Shown piece after piece: positions 17,804 to 26,248 of a stretch of 64,000 bases of DNA. The stretch comes from Candidatus Latescibacterota bacterium (GTDB lineage Bacteria; Latescibacterota; UBA2968): contig OZ220741.1 in the NCBI GenBank assembly GCA_965116885.1, positions 4,096,001 to 4,160,000 on the forward strand. The letters are read 5' to 3'. How positions within the stretch are numbered: position 1 is the stretch's first letter; every line of letters begins with the position of its first letter. The notes beneath the pieces are model-generated. The model was not told the origin of the DNA, searched no databases, and saw nothing but the letters and a program-made list of their open reading frames with translations. Position numbers and translations under genes: made by a program.

Positions 17804-19164
17804 GGGTTGCTCAAGGCACGGTCGAGGAAGTGAATGCCCCGGCGCGCTTCGGTTTCGATGTGAAGTACTCTGTCTATGCCCGAGCGTGCGAAAATTTGAA
17901 TGTCGTCGAGTTGCCCCATGCGAAAGGTGAGGATAAATGCGACGCCATCGGCAAATTGTATTTGGGCTTTGTCTGGGGCCAATGTGAGTTGGGCATTTTT
18001 GTATATTCTGTTTTGCGGCGTTTTCAGGCGAGAGAGTGCGCGCTGGATGCGGGTGAGGCGCACGAGTTCTGTCGAGAGACCAGCCGATGTATGAAAGTTG
18101 GAAAATCCAATGCGTCCTGCGGGCCGATAGCCTTTGAGGTCGGTGGATTCCGCTTGTTGCTCGGGCTGATCTTTGCCCGCGCTTGCGCCCGTTGATGGCA
18201 ATGTGGTAGGAGCATGCACTGGCATACTCATAGTGGCGCGCGCGACCTGGACTTCTGGCCGCGAACCAAAAAACGACGATGGGTTTGCTCCTCTGTCCAG
18301 ATTGGGTGCCGAGACGCGAGGCGGTGTTTTCAATCCACTGAGCGATGGTCTGTCGAGTTGACGCGGAATATCGGGTAGTGATGCGAGTGCCAGTTTCGGT
18401 TTGTCCGGTAGCGCGATTTTTGGACGAGGCGCAGGCTCTGGGGCAGTGGATACTTCGGCTTTCACTTCTGGCTTTGTCGCACTAACTTCCTCACGTGTGT
18501 TTTTGCTCATATCAAAGATGCCCTGCGCGCTTACGAGCATTTCCTCAAAATTTGTGACAATGGCTTTGAATGCCTGTCCTTCCTGAGGGGGACTGAGTGC
18601 CAATAGCAAGACGATGCCCAGTGCAAACGCACCAGCCAACGCTGGCAAAAAGCGTTGTTGTGTGCGTTGAATAGGAGCATAAGGCAAGCGGATAGACTGC
18701 TGTTGAGGGACTGGCGCATGGACAGGAACAAGGGCGATGGCGATTTCTATTTCATGCCGGCGATTGGGGAAGTGCGCCCAGAGTTTGGAAAGCCCCAGAT
18801 GGTTCTGTTTGGCTGCAAGCACGCCTGCTTCGTGGAGGATATGGCCCTTGTAAAAGCGGTTGATGATTTCGCGTGAGGGCAATTTAAAATGGCTCGATGG
18901 CGAAATCTGCCCTATGCACTCCTCAAAGCTGTCGGTTTTCGATGGCGGGACATACCCCAGGTCTCTCACCTGTTTAAACAGGTGCTCAATAGCCCGATGA
19001 TAGTCGCTTGTAAAGTCTTCGGACGAGGGATAATTACATGCGCGGCGTGCCTCAGACAAGTTGCGAGCGCGCAGTGTGGCAGATAACACGCCAAAGAGTT
19101 TGGGATGATCCCGTCGCATGCTTTCAGCAGCGCTCTGGATCAATTTTTTTTGTTGGGGAGACAT
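17800..19164 (-). CDS. Single-pass membrane protein with a Pro-rich linker (TonB/TolA position in the operon), function unknown
   Basis: About 170-aa N-terminal domain, TM FLPALAGAFALGIVLLLALS, Pro/Ser/Ala-rich stretch, about 110-aa C-terminal domain. Confidence 0.6.
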   Translation of the reverse strand: MSPQQKKLIQSAAESMRRDHPKLFGVLSATLRARNLSEARRACNYPSSEDFTSDYHRAIEHLFKQVRDLGYVPPSKTDSFEECIGQISPSSHFKLPSREIINRFYKGHILHEAGVLAAKQNHLGLSKLWAHFPNRRHEIEIAIALVPVHAPVPQQQSIRLPYAPIQRTQQRFLPALAGAFALGIVLLLALSPPQEGQAFKAIVTNFEEMLVSAQGIFDMSKNTREEVSATKPEVKAEVSTAPEPAPRPKIALPDKPKLALASLPDIPRQLDRPSLSGLKTPPRVSAPNLDRGANPSSFFGSRPEVQVARATMSMPVHAPTTLPSTGASAGKDQPEQQAESTDLKGYRPAGRIGFSNFHTSAGLSTELVRLTRIQRALSRLKTPQNRIYKNAQLTLAPDKAQIQFADGVAFILTFRMGQLDDIQIFARSGIDRVLHIETEARRGIHFLDRALSNP

Positions 19165-19172
19165 ATTCTATT

Positions 19173-19703
19173 TTACAATTTTCTTTTTTGACTTTCAAGC
19201 CCCCATTGTACGGTCTTAAATCCACTGGTGTTGAGGGCGTCGTACACACCAACGGTATAAGTCACGGTTGCATCGCGCTCAAAATAGAGGCGCACCAAAA
19301 TGTCGTTGGGCGCAAATCCATGTTGCGCCTGTAGTGCGAGTAAAGCTTTTTTAACAGACAAAAATACAGCGCGCTCAATGCCAATCTGGTCGTTGTCTGC
19401 GCGGTCTTGAAAGACCATATGCTCTTCGGTGGCAACGCCGCCTTTGTCAAATTGCACATAGGATTTCCCGATGATGATCTGTAAAAATCGTTCATCTGTG
19501 GGGTGGGGGGCAGAGCCTTTTTCATCGGGTGCTTTGATAAAATTGAGTTTTTGTGCGTGGACAAAGCGGTTGTGCAAGTTGGCGAGATGGGTTTGCCACA
19601 CGTTTTGAATAATAAAAAATGTAAGCAGCAAAAACAAGACATCAATAAACCCTTCGCCCGTGTCTAAAAGTGCTGCCAAAGGTCGCCTATTGCGGTGTCT
19701 CAC
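19173..19703 (-). CDS. ExbD/TolR-like proton-channel subunit
   Basis: FIDVLFLLLTFF TM with the conserved Asp; C-terminal ERDATV...VGVYDAL..SGF..V ExbD-like pattern. Confidence 0.75.
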   Translation of the reverse strand: MRHRNRRPLAALLDTGEGFIDVLFLLLTFFIIQNVWQTHLANLHNRFVHAQKLNFIKAPDEKGSAPHPTDERFLQIIIGKSYVQFDKGGVATEEHMVFQDRADNDQIGIERAVFLSVKKALLALQAQHGFAPNDILVRLYFERDATVTYTVGVYDALNTSGFKTVQWGLESQKRKL

Positions 19704-20961
19704 GTCTCACGCCTCCCTCTATCTGATAAAAATACTGAATCAGGTTGAGCATGCGCGCGCGATGTTGCAGGCTGCGGGCTTTGGTTTTGCGTATGAGGAT
19801 CATGGATAGAATGCGTCCGAGAAATCCAATGGCTGTTGTGACGAGGGCAAAGTTGATGTAGTGTGCCATTTTGAGCTGGGTTTGGGCAGGGCCTTCACCC
19901 ACTTTCATAGTGTCTTCCAAAATTTTGAAAGCGTCTATCATGCCAACAACTGTGCCCAAAAGGCCCATGGAGAGCGATAGAAGACCCAGCATGCCAAATC
20001 CTTCGGATAGGCGGTCTTCAATTTCATCGAAGAGTAGATAGATTTTGTCGGTACATCGCTCGACCAATCGCGCCTGATCAGACGCGATTTCAGATTCGAC
20101 AGACGTGAGGATGGCGTAGAGTTCTGTGTTTTCAGATAGGGCGTAATCGGCGTTGTATTGGCCACCCCATAGCAGATTAATGCCCTGCTGCTGAACGATT
20201 TGCGCGTCGGAATTGGTGAAGAAGCGGTCGGGTGATAAGTCGTGAGATAAGACCTGAGCATAGCGCACAACCATATAGAAGGGCAGGGCAATCAAGAGCA
20301 GGATCAAAACAGTAGAAAGTGGACCGCTGATGTTGGAGATATATCGTCCGATAGATTCGGCCAAATCACCGCCGCGAACAACTGTGGGTACGGCATTGTC
20401 GGCTGCAAACGCGATTTGAATGTCCTCAAACTTGTATTCGACCATCTGCGTATTGGGCGCAATGGGTCCATCGGCTGTCTGGTCAAAGTCCATCGCATAG
20501 CTTCGGTTGTTGTACTGAAAGCTCAAATCGTCGATCACGGCACTGTGGCTGGCGTTGCGCGTGCGAATGACGAGGCTGTCGATAGGCAGATCGGGTATTG
20601 CGATCCATTCTCGCTGTGTACCGGTGTGATAGGTTACGTCACTTCCCTGTGTGTGTACGATCACGGCGATGGGTAAAAAGCGATCTACATTTTTGAAGCG
20701 GATGTCCGTGACTGCAATTTTTTGTTTTGGATTGTCGGGTTGTTGGAATGTGACGGTAAGTGCTTTCCAAAAAGTTCCCCCCTGAAGAACTTGCCCGCCT
20801 TGCAGCCCGGTGATAGCTCCATCGAGCCAGATTGCCGCTTTTGTGCAGATATAGAGGCCTACAAAGAGGGTCGCGAGATAGAGTGCTACCTGGGCAATAG
20901 GACTTTTTTTTAGAATGGGATGATTTAGAATCTGTGCCATGTATTCTCGGTATTTGGGCAT
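19687..20961 (-). CDS. MotA/TolQ/ExbB proton-channel family protein with an extra N-terminal domain
   Basis: GLLGTVVGMIDAF and ALVTTAIG channel motifs; additional N-terminal TM and beta-rich domain. Confidence 0.85.
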   Translation of the reverse strand: MPKYREYMAQILNHPILKKSPIAQVALYLATLFVGLYICTKAAIWLDGAITGLQGGQVLQGGTFWKALTVTFQQPDNPKQKIAVTDIRFKNVDRFLPIAVIVHTQGSDVTYHTGTQREWIAIPDLPIDSLVIRTRNASHSAVIDDLSFQYNNRSYAMDFDQTADGPIAPNTQMVEYKFEDIQIAFAADNAVPTVVRGGDLAESIGRYISNISGPLSTVLILLLIALPFYMVVRYAQVLSHDLSPDRFFTNSDAQIVQQQGINLLWGGQYNADYALSENTELYAILTSVESEIASDQARLVERCTDKIYLLFDEIEDRLSEGFGMLGLLSLSMGLLGTVVGMIDAFKILEDTMKVGEGPAQTQLKMAHYINFALVTTAIGFLGRILSMILIRKTKARSLQHRARMLNLIQYFYQIEGGVRRETPQ

Positions 20962-21084
20962 GCAATAAGAAATCTCCGCGTATTAGTATTAGAGACCAAT
21001 TTGCAAAATTTAAGGCTTTATTCCGAAATTATCCACCAAAACTTTTAACCATACAGGGTTACATTGATTCGTTTCTGACAACTG

Positions 21085-21135
21085 AAAGAAGCCCCGTCTA
21101 AAATCGCTTGCACGATCTCGGATGGGGCTTTTTTT
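21085..21135. terminator. Terminator-like hairpin
   Basis: AAGCCCCGTCT / GGATGGGGCTT with flanking A and T runs. Confidence 0.65.
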
Positions 21136-21152
21136 ATACTCATCATTTCTTT

Positions 21153-21884
21153 TTATCCCGCAATGATCATATAGCTAAACCATTCGCTGTGGGGATTTTT
21201 GATGTGATAGGATGTGCCGGAGGGTATGTGGACCACGTCGCCTTCTGTGATGTGCTGTTCGCCGTCGGATGTGACGAGGATGCCCCTGTTTTCGAGAATC
21301 CAGAAGCCGAGTTCTATGTCGTCGTAACATCGCGCAATGCTCTGCTGGCCGGGTTGTACGGCTTCGCGGTCGATGAAGGCGATGGATTTTAAGCATCCCG
21401 TGTTTTCTTCGCCAGCAGGGCCGAGTTGATGCCAGCGAATCGCGCCCGCGCCATCGCTTACGGGCAATACGTCTTCCCAGTTGCGAATCACACATTCGCC
21501 TCCGGGTTCGGTGTCGATATTTTTGCTGAGGACGAGGTGTTCGAGCCATTCGTCGTTCATGTCGTTGAACATCTGATGGTAAATATCCGCGGGCAAATAC
21601 ACGGCGTCGCCGGGGCGTACGGAAAAGCGGTCTTCTCCTACGAGAACTTCGCCGCTGCCGCTGATGATATAATACGCCTGTTCGGTTTGCGGGTGTTTGT
21701 GGTGGTCGGAGGTTTTGCGCCCTTGAAGTCCGTGTTTGACAATGCCCTGAATGTTGTGTAACTGCGGTGAGTCGTCTTCACCGTGTTTGGGCGTCGCATT
21801 TCTCTGTCTTAACCCCGGCCAGCGAATCGCGCTCAGGTGCGCCACTTCGGGTTGCTGGTCTCGCCAGTTTTTGATGTATGCCAT
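21153..21884 (-). CDS. Bicupin protein
   Basis: HHKHPQTEQAYYIISGSG..PGDAVYLPADIYH; second repeat GDVVHIPSGTSYH. Confidence 0.85.
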   Translation of the reverse strand: MAYIKNWRDQQPEVAHLSAIRWPGLRQRNATPKHGEDDSPQLHNIQGIVKHGLQGRKTSDHHKHPQTEQAYYIISGSGEVLVGEDRFSVRPGDAVYLPADIYHQMFNDMNDEWLEHLVLSKNIDTEPGGECVIRNWEDVLPVSDGAGAIRWHQLGPAGEENTGCLKSIAFIDREAVQPGQQSIARCYDDIELGFWILENRGILVTSDGEQHITEGDVVHIPSGTSYHIKNPHSEWFSYMIIAG

Positions 21885-21999
21885 GTTTGCCTCTTGTAAG
21901 TGTGAAAGAATTTTCGGATTATCTAAGTTAATACGATTGTCTTGTGCCGCAATTCAAAAGTAGGTGGGGACTCTCGTGTAATGAAAAAGGAGTTCGACA

Positions 22000-23469
22000 A
22001 TGCATGATCCCTATTCACTAATAGGCGTGCGTTCATTTATCAATTGCTGTGGTACGCGAACGATTCACGGGGGGACGCTGATGTTGCCGCAGGTGCGCGA
22101 AGCGATGATGGCTGCTTCGCGCTTTTTTGTCAATATGGATGAACTCATGGCGGGGGTGGGTAAGCGTTTATCCATGCTCACGGGAGCGGAGTGGGGTATG
22201 GTTGCCTCTGGCGCAGCGGCCTGCCTGTGCCACGCAACAGCGGCCTGTGTGACGGGTGGCGATCCCGAGTTGATGTTTCGGTTGCCCGATACGAGCGGGA
22301 TGAAGCGCGAGGCCGTCATGCCCAGAGAAAGTCGGTTTACCTATGATCACGCCATTCGCTCGGTGGGTGTGACAATCGTGGAGGTGGATAATCTCAGGGA
22401 AATGGATGCGGCGCTCAATCGGGAACAGGTGGCTATGGTCGCCTTGCTGGGGACCTGGGAGGCAGATATGACACTTGAAGCAATTGTTGACATGGCGCGT
22501 CCGAGAGGTGTCCCCGTGCTGGTTGATGCGGCGTCGGAGCATCTCCAATCTCCCGAATCCTATACCAGTCGCGGGGCGAATTTGGTCGCTTATAGTGGTG
22601 GCAAATACCTGCGCGGACCTCAGCCTACGGGGTTGTTATTAGGCGACCGCGACCTCGTCGAGGCCGCCTGGGTGCACGCTGCACCGCATCACACGCTTGG
22701 ACGCGCGATGAAGATTGGTAAAGAGGAAGTTCTGGGCATTTTGGCGGCTGTGGAATATCTTCTGGGGGAACGCGATCCCGAGCGGGAATTCGAGGGCTGG
22801 ATTGCCGATATCGAGACAATTGTGCGGCATGTAACGCGTGTATCGGGTGTAGAGGCTGAAATTCTCGCGTCTGATCAGTCGGATGTTCCCAGGTTGGAAA
22901 TTCGTTGGGATGGTGATCGCATTGGCCTGACCGGTCTTGAATTGCGCGAACAACTTTTGTGCGGTGATCCACGCATTATGCTGGATGATCGAGGGGCAAC
23001 GAATACGTCTATTTTTATTTTGCCGTTTTCGCTACAACCTGGAGAAGCGGATATTGTTGGCAGGCATATTCGCGACGCATTATCCCACGCGCCTTTGCCC
23101 AAAAAAGAAAAGGAGCGAGAACCGGTTGATGTGTCGGGTACCTGGGAAATTGAAATTGAGCTTGTGAAAAAAATAGCGCATCATCGCGTAGATATTGAAC
23201 AAAGTGCCAGCGTTTTAACAGGTACTCACCAGACGCGCTGGCTAAAAAATTCGTTGAAAGGCTCTGTGAATGGTGATGAAATCGCATTTACGAGTCAGCA
23301 TCGTTTTGAGGGGTCCCATCTGTCTTATCGGTTTGTAGGGGCGGTGTCGGGTAGCGAAATGCGCGGCGAAGTTGAAATGGGCAGTTCGGGACAGTCTGCG
23401 CCCGGACCGTTGAATCAGCGCGAATATGGCACAGCGAGATGGCGGGCGGTGAGAAGAATTAAAAATTAA
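22000..23469 (+). CDS. SelA-like/DgaE-family PLP-dependent enzyme with an extra C-terminal beta domain
   Basis: INCCGTRTIHGG, VLVDAASE, YSGGKYLRGPQ (PLP Lys), GRAMKIGKEE. Confidence 0.8.
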   Translation: MHDPYSLIGVRSFINCCGTRTIHGGTLMLPQVREAMMAASRFFVNMDELMAGVGKRLSMLTGAEWGMVASGAAACLCHATAACVTGGDPELMFRLPDTSGMKREAVMPRESRFTYDHAIRSVGVTIVEVDNLREMDAALNREQVAMVALLGTWEADMTLEAIVDMARPRGVPVLVDAASEHLQSPESYTSRGANLVAYSGGKYLRGPQPTGLLLGDRDLVEAAWVHAAPHHTLGRAMKIGKEEVLGILAAVEYLLGERDPEREFEGWIADIETIVRHVTRVSGVEAEILASDQSDVPRLEIRWDGDRIGLTGLELREQLLCGDPRIMLDDRGATNTSIFILPFSLQPGEADIVGRHIRDALSHAPLPKKEKEREPVDVSGTWEIEIELVKKIAHHRVDIEQSASVLTGTHQTRWLKNSLKGSVNGDEIAFTSQHRFEGSHLSYRFVGAVSGSEMRGEVEMGSSGQSAPGPLNQREYGTARWRAVRRIKN

Positions 23470-23594
23470 AAATTGAGGAGCGGTGTATAACTGGTCGCAG
23501 TCCAGACCAGTTCATTAAAAATTAAGGGGCGGTGTACCTGTCTGCCATCCACCCAGATAGACAACTGGTCGCCCTGTGAAGAATGATTCTGCAT

Positions 23595-24590
23595 TCATCT
23601 GCGGATTACTTTTGTAGTTTTACCAGTTTTTCCCGATTCCATTGCCGCAAAGATAAGTGCCATTGTTTTGCGGACATCACGAGCTGACGCTTGCGCGAGG
23701 GGACGGTTGTCGCGGATGGCTGTGAGAAATTCGAGGTGTATGTTGGGTTCGCCAGCGAGGTGAACGGTTTCGGGTATGTGCTGTTCTTTGCCATTGAGCA
23801 ATAGTGGTCCGCTGGTGCCGTTGAGGTGAATGACGCCTTCATCGCCCATTACGGTCCATTCTGTGCCAGCACGATGGTGAAAGGAGAGGGCGCAGTTGAG
23901 GATGGCATTGCTTTCTGTTGTAGCGATGAGGGAGACTTCGTCTTCAATGTCGATATCGGGGTGTGGGTCGATATTTTGCACGATTGCCGAGACGGATACA
24001 GCTTTTTCATCCATCCACCACAAGAGTACATCGAGCGAGTGAACGCCAATGCCGGGGAGAATGCCGCCCGACAATTCCTGGCGCGCAAACCAGCTATTTT
24101 CGTCGCCGCCGCGTCCCGACCCAAGTCTGCGGTGGATGACGTGGCGAATTTTTCCCACGGCATTTTCTTCGAGTAGCTTTTTGACCTGGCGAATCGCTGT
24201 CGAAAAGCGCTGGCTCTGTCCAGACATGAGCAATTTGCCTTTGGCTTCGGCTGTAGCGATCATGTCATCGACATCTGCGAGGGTAAGCGCCATAGGTTTT
24301 TCGATGAGAGTGTGTAATCCTCTTTCGAGACAGGCAATGGTGTAATCGCGGTGCAAGAAGTTGGGCACGGCAATAATTGCAGCATCTGCTTCCACGTTTG
24401 TAAGCGCGTCGTCGAGGTTGTCAAAGGTAGTTGACACACCATATTGGGTTTTTAGATTATTGCGTGCGTCTTCAGATGGATCGACACCGGCGACAATGAC
24501 GCCGAGTTCTCCCAGAGATTCCAAACCGCTGGCATGGCCTAAAGCCATGCGCCCGCAACCGACGAGCAAAATGCGAATAGGCGTTTTCAT
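23595..24590 (-). CDS. Gfo/Idh/MocA family oxidoreductase
   Basis: VGCGRMA, HTLIEKPMA, GGILPGIGVHSLD. Confidence 0.9.
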   Translation of the reverse strand: MKTPIRILLVGCGRMALGHASGLESLGELGVIVAGVDPSEDARNNLKTQYGVSTTFDNLDDALTNVEADAAIIAVPNFLHRDYTIACLERGLHTLIEKPMALTLADVDDMIATAEAKGKLLMSGQSQRFSTAIRQVKKLLEENAVGKIRHVIHRRLGSGRGGDENSWFARQELSGGILPGIGVHSLDVLLWWMDEKAVSVSAIVQNIDPHPDIDIEDEVSLIATTESNAILNCALSFHHRAGTEWTVMGDEGVIHLNGTSGPLLLNGKEQHIPETVHLAGEPNIHLEFLTAIRDNRPLAQASARDVRKTMALIFAAMESGKTGKTTKVIRR

Positions 24591-24621
24591 TGCGTTCTCC
24601 GTTTACTGGATGGGTGGTTGA

Positions 24622-25125
24622 TCAGGTGTCTTCGGTTTTCGGGGTGATGCGAAAGCCCAGGCGTTCGTAGAGGCGCACAGCGGGTTCACGCCAAAGGGCT
24701 GTGTTGAGATAGGCGTCGGCATACCCGCGGGCAACGAGTTCTTTGAGGGCGCGGAGTGAGATGGCATAACCGAGTCCATGTCCCCGGTATTTGGGATCGG
24801 TGCCAACCCAGTGGATAAGGCCAACGGCTTTTCCTCCGTAATGGGCTTCCCAAGCGCTGGCTGTTGCTACCATATAATCGCCTTTGAGGCCGACAAAAAT
24901 GCGATTGTAGTCGCAGCACGGTTCGCGGGTGAATGTGGCGTGAAAATTGTCGATGGTCCAAGGTTTTCCGCCTTCTTGGCCAAAAGCTTCATTTTTCATG
25001 CGAATCCATTCTTCTTCTTCTCCGGGCTGAAGCACGCGAATTGCAAAGCCTTCAGGAACTTTGTATTCTGGAAGTGGATGGCTGAGAGAGCGGTGCATGC
25101 GGATGCTGCTTGTGCGATTATTCAT
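24622..25125 (-). CDS. GNAT family N-acetyltransferase
   Basis: VGTDPKYRGHGLG acetyl-CoA motif, AVRLYERLGF. Confidence 0.88.
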   Translation of the reverse strand: MNNRTSSIRMHRSLSHPLPEYKVPEGFAIRVLQPGEEEEWIRMKNEAFGQEGGKPWTIDNFHATFTREPCCDYNRIFVGLKGDYMVATASAWEAHYGGKAVGLIHWVGTDPKYRGHGLGYAISLRALKELVARGYADAYLNTALWREPAVRLYERLGFRITPKTEDT

Positions 25126-25128
25126 AGT

Positions 25129-26139
25129 CTAAAAATCCAGAAAGACAGTTGCTGGACGATTGTTTTCGATGGATTCAATGATGGCGCAGCATACGGCGAC
25201 GGATCGCGCACCATCAACCGCGTCAATCAGCGGTTTTTCGCCACTTTCAATGCAGGATAGAAAGTGGTCGAGTTCCTGGGGGCATGTGTGGTCTTCTGCG
25301 CGGATTTCAATTGGGAGTTCAGACCATTCTTCTACGTGGGGCATACCGCCGATGAAGAGTTTGTTGTTGTGAATGGATCCTCTGGTTCCGTGGTAGCTGA
25401 AGTTGAGGTTGTAGGGAATTTCTGCGCCACAGGAGACCAGGCATTTGCCCAGGGCACCGGATTCAAATTTTAAGTTTGAGATAACCGTGTCGTACCATGG
25501 TGCATCGGGAATATTTTTGTTTACGCCATACGCGCTGACTTCAACGATTTCTCCGGCGAGCCATCGCATGAGGTCTAAGGGATGGCAGGCTCCGCCAATA
25601 ATGGGCAGTTGGCCCTCTTTTTCTGTGTCCATCCACCAGTCGTGACCGGGCAGTGGCAAGAAGGGTTTGAGGTCGTGGATGTAGTCGCCTTCCACAAAAC
25701 AGGCTTCTCCCAGCGTGCCGTTGTCAACGAGGTGGTAAATGGTTTCAAATATGTTGCTAAATCGCGCGCCGTGACCGACCATGACTTGTCGCCCGGATCG
25801 TTTGGCTGCATCGACGATTTTTTGACAGTCTTCAATTGTAACCGCGAGGGGCTTTTCCACAAAGACATGCTTGCCCGCGTCGAGCGCGGCGACGGCTTGA
25901 CCTACGTGCTGAGAGTTGGGCGTGCAGAGATAAATGATGTCTATTTCGGAATCGGATAGGACGCTATCGTACTCTGTCGAGATTTTATCTGCACCGTATG
26001 TCGCTTGCAGGTCTTTTGCGATCTGTTCGCTGCGCGGGGTTGTACATATCGTTCGCAAATGTGCATTGGGATGCGCTGAGATGGCTTTGATGTGTTCGCC
26101 GCCGATATAGCCCGTTCCTATCACGGCAATCGCGTTCAT
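25129..26139 (-). CDS. Gfo/Idh/MocA family oxidoreductase
   Basis: IGTGYIG, HVFVEKPLA, GACHPLD; ATG 26139 after AGGAGG. Confidence 0.9.
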   Translation of the reverse strand: MNAIAVIGTGYIGGEHIKAISAHPNAHLRTICTTPRSEQIAKDLQATYGADKISTEYDSVLSDSEIDIIYLCTPNSQHVGQAVAALDAGKHVFVEKPLAVTIEDCQKIVDAAKRSGRQVMVGHGARFSNIFETIYHLVDNGTLGEACFVEGDYIHDLKPFLPLPGHDWWMDTEKEGQLPIIGGACHPLDLMRWLAGEIVEVSAYGVNKNIPDAPWYDTVISNLKFESGALGKCLVSCGAEIPYNLNFSYHGTRGSIHNNKLFIGGMPHVEEWSELPIEIRAEDHTCPQELDHFLSCIESGEKPLIDAVDGARSVAVCCAIIESIENNRPATVFLDF

Positions 26140-26174
26140 TGGAGGACCTCCTGTAGTTTGTCCAACAAGGCGCA

Positions 26175-26216
26175 AAAATGTAAGATTGAAAATGTAAAAT
26201 TAAAAATTAAAAATTG
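26175..26216. repeat. 7-bp tandem repeat x6 (AAAATTA-like) in a divergent intergenic region
   Basis: aaaatgt aagattg aaaatgt aaaatta aaaatta aaaattg. Confidence 0.8.
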
Positions 26217-26248
26217 GGCGGTATGGTAAACTTAATAGGGGTGAGACT

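Noticed and set aside
19173..20961. Zorya ZorAB or flagellar MotAB
   Set aside because: No long cytoplasmic ZorA tail, no OmpA-like peptidoglycan-binding domain in the B subunit, and no zorC/D/E or flagellar genes.
22000..23469. Selenocysteine synthase selA
   Set aside because: Lacks the SelA N-terminal tRNA-binding region and has no sel neighbours; better fits the DgaE-like branch.
23466..23572. 22-bp repeat pair as a mini-CRISPR
   Set aside because: Two imperfect copies, and the intervening sequences share AACTGGTCGC, so they are not unique spacers.
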